From assembly GCA_030390025.1 (NCBI GenBank), contig JASTWF010000033.1, positions 560,001 through 624,000 on the forward strand: 64,000 nt of DNA. Direction: 5' to 3'. This DNA comes from Squalus acanthias. Its lineage: Eukaryota. Each line of letters starts with the position of its first letter. Positions within the stretch are counted from its first letter, which is position 1. Of this stretch, positions 60,636 to 64,000 are shown one piece after another. The notes under the pieces were generated by a model. It saw only the letters and a program-made list of their open reading frames with translations. It ran no database searches and was not told where the DNA came from. The position numbers were made by a program, and so were the translations under genes.

Positions 60636-61331
60636 GGCACAAAAATTCGGCCCTTCCCGTGTGAGTACACAGTGTGTGGAAATTCCGGTATGGTGAAGGG
60701 GGCAGTTCCTTGGTGAACCACGTGCGCGCTAGAGGCTGCGCGCACGCAGCACACTTAGTTTTTTTTTCAGGTTTCTACGCGAGGGTAATTATTGAAGATA
60801 CTACGCTGATAAAAATAAGGCGTAAGACCCCTTTTGAACATGGTAAGTGGTTAATTAAGTATAATTTTAAATTTTTCAACAGGTTTATCTTTTTTAGATA
60901 CTTTAAAGAAAGGTAAGTTTATTTTTATAACTTTTAAAAAGTATTTTAATTTTTTCAAAAATTTAAATTTTTGTTTAAAGTGGTTAATTTATTTAACTAT
61001 AGTTATTTTCTAAATGCGATGTTTTTTTAAATTTAGTTTAAGTTTAGCTGTTCTTTTGGGGCCGATTTCAATTCACAGATTTGACAGGGCTCCTGTCAAA
61101 TCTATTAATGAAAGATGGTCTGCTGCCATTGGCTCTCCATGGCCCACGTGATCCCAGGGGTCGCATCGCACTAACTGCGCCCCTGCAACACGCAAGCACT
61201 GCGCGCCGGCAGTTGGGAGAGGCCCAGGACCCGAAGTTCCCGTGGGCCCAAAACACAATGGCAGGCGCGGTAGGTAAGAGCGCGCGCGATCCTTACCCCC
61301 GCGGCAAGCCGGACACGTGAATTTCTGGGCC
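60636..61331. mobile_element. Non-autonomous DNA transposon (MITE)
   Basis: TIRs GGCACAAAAATTC / GAATTTCTGGGCC, AT-rich centre, and CACGTGATCCCAGGG shared with a related element at about 51280-51900. Confidence 0.6.
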
Positions 61332-61867
61332 TATGGATCTATATTCTATCTCTCGAATTATCCTGTTTGCTATCCAGTTTTTCCCATTTATCTCTCCATC
61401 CATATAGCTTTCCATGTATTATTCTCTCTATCATCTTTCTATCTACCCATCGATCTATATAATCAATATATCAATTTCTACTGAAATATGTGAACAAAAC
61501 CTGTTGTCTTTCATAGTGCGATGATGTAATGTGTCCAAACGAATGTAAGTATTTCAGTGGAAGTTGTTACTTTTTTTCATCTGATAAACGGAATTGTTCT
61601 TCAAGCGCGAACTGTTGCATTGGCGTGAATCCCATCTTGTTGTGATAACTAGTCAACAGGAACAGGTGAGATTTCATAGTAGCGTTACAATATAAACTAT
61701 CAATTTTATAAGAGCAATGATTATTGGGAGGAAATTCCCGTCCTGCATTCGGCCGTCTGCCGTTTTTGCTCCCATTGAATAAATGGATTAGGAACGTTGT
61801 CCAGATGAGAAAGCAGTGTCTGTAAGGCGTGGTCAATCTGCACTGGAGTCTTCCTCGGCATGTTCTT

Positions 61868-62870
61868 ATTCGTTCATGGGATGAGGTCGTCGCTGGCCTG
61901 GCCAGCATTTATTTCCTATCCCTAATTGTCCTTGAGAAGGTGGTGATGATCCGCTTTCTTGAACCGCTGCAGTCCACGTGGTGAAGCCCTTAATTTTGTT
62001 AGGGAGGGAGTTCCAGGAGTTTGACCCAGCGATGATTAAGGAAAGGCTATAAATTTCCAAGTCATGATGATATGTGACTTGGGGAGGAAGTTGGAGGTGA
62101 CGGGGATCCCATGTGCCTGCTGCCCTTATCCTTCTAGGTGGAAGAGGTCGCAGGTTTGGGAGGTACTGCCGAAGAAGCCTTGGCGAGTTGCTGCAGTGCA
62201 TCTTGTAGATGGCACTCACTGCAGCCACGGTACGCATGTGGTGGAGCGATTGAATGTTGAAGGTGGTGGATGGGATGCAAGTCAAGCGGGCTGCTTTGTC
62301 CTGGATGGTGTAGAGCTTCTTCAGTGTTTTTTGAGCTGCACTCACCCAGGCATTGAAGAGTGTTTCATCCAACTCCTAACTTATGCCTTGTAGAAGGTGG
62401 AAAGGCTTTTGTAAGTCAGGAGGTGAGGCACTTGCTCCAGAATACCCAGCCTCTGATTGCCTTTTTAGCCACAATGTTTACGCGGCTGATCCAGTTAAGT
62501 TTCTGGTCAATGGTGACCACCAGGATGTTGCTGGTGGAGGATTCGGCGATGTTAATGCCATTGAATGTAAAGGGGCGGTGGTTAGACTCTCTCTTGTTGG
62601 AGATAGTCATTGCCTGCCACTTCTGTGGTGCTAATGTTACTTGTCACTTTTCACCCAAAGCCTGACTATTGTCCAGGTCTTGCTGCATGCGGGCATGGGC
62701 TGCTTCATTATCTGATGAATTGCGAATGGAAATGAACACTGTCCAATCATCAGCGAAACATCCCCACGTCTGTTGTTATGATGGAGGGAAAGTCACTGAT
62801 GAAGCAGCAGAAGTTGTTTGGGCCTAGGACACTGCCGTGTTCTGGGGCAGTGATGATTGGCGTCCAACAT
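61868..62870 (-). mobile_element. CR1-group LINE 3' fragment (different family)
   Basis: ORF 61866-62372 LKKLYTIQDKAARL...YKMHCSNSP...WNSLP; FADD-like motif near 62750; a plus-strand piece of the same family lies at 63735-64000. Confidence 0.75.
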
Positions 62871-64000
62871 AGTCACTGTCACACACGCACACACCCTCAC
62901 AGCATCTCACAGATATAGATGCACAGACACAGGCACAGACACACGCACACTCGCACGCACACACATAGAGTCACAAAGACAGACAGGCACAGACACACAT
63001 GGCTGAACATAAACACCCACCCTGGGTTGGAGACTGGTCAGCAGTTAAAATTTTAAAAAATCTGAAACTGATCCCGATCCCGCCTCCAACCCACCCACTT
63101 CTGTGTTTAACGGAGATGGGACAAGGCGGTGAGTCAACCCACTCCCAGGAGACGGGTTGGCAATTTAAATATATTAATGAGGCTGGCAGCCTCTGTTGTA
63201 ACCTACGTTGCAGGTTTTATATGTGGCTGGCCGGGTTTCCCAGGCCTCGGTAGACACAGCAGCTGCAGCAGGCGAGGAGAGTTTCGGACAGTTAAATGCC
63301 TTTACAGCACTGCTTGTGGGCCAAGAGGAGCAGGAGTGCTTCCCCGGAGCCCAGCCAGGACAACCATCAGACCCCCATAAAAGACCCACGAGATCTGACA
63401 CCCCCGGGGTCTGGAATCAAAACGCCCTCAGCGATCGAACTACCCCCAGCCTGGTCCTAGCTGCTCCTGTGGCCTGCGACAGAGTCCTCCTCGCCCAACT
63501 GCAAGCAAATTAGATCAATCAGGCTAACTTATGGTGGGGAATCTATCAAATACAAAAAACTCACGCTGTGGAGTTAAAACACAACAGCATGCTGGGAAAC
63601 CCGGACTTCCGCACCAATACTCTGCCCCGCGATATTTAACCAACCTCTGTTAATATCCAGGTTACAGAGACACGCACAGACACAGGCACACACAGACACC
63701 CACACACACACATACATTCACAGACAAAAGCGCATGTGTCAAGCCTGGAATGACAGGTGGCAAGTAAATTCGTGTCACACAAGTGCCCGGCAATGGTCAT
63801 CTTCAACAGCAGAGTCTAACCATCTTCGCATGACATTCAATGGCATAACCTTTGCCAAATCCCGCACCTTCAAAATCTTAGTGTCAGCATTGAGCAGAAC
63901 CTCTACTGAATAAGCCATATAAGTGCCGTGGCTACTAGAGCAGGATATAAACTAGGTACTCTGCGGCGAGTGCCTCAACTCCTTACTCCGCAAGGTTGCA

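Overview
Eukaryotic, repeat-dominated genomic window, inferred to be from a cartilaginous fish (shark) on the basis of HE1/V-SINE, shark-type CR1 LINEs and a GPR139-like receptor. It holds one apparently intact host gene, a two-exon GPR139/GPR142-like class A GPCR (25061-30843). About ten mostly degenerate tRNA genes (Val, Pro, Gln, Glu, Lys) are present, some in a module duplicated 36 kb apart. Mobile elements include nested CR1, L2, RTE and Penelope retroelements, a two-gene PIF/Harbinger fossil, a solo LTR, and a 5.7-kb class I endogenous retrovirus (12154-17866, tRNA-Ser PBS, 4-bp TSD) that has lost NC, PR and RT. There are also several large micro- and minisatellites. The most interesting observations are: (i) two tRNA-Pro copies, each with a 15-16 nt insert exactly at the canonical 37/38 intron site, an isotype not normally intron-containing in vertebrates; (ii) a small transmembrane accessory ORF between pol and env of the ERV with its own putative splice acceptor; (iii) an apparent spliceosomal intron in the 5' UTR of a full-length CR1. 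All calls were made by eye without database searches.
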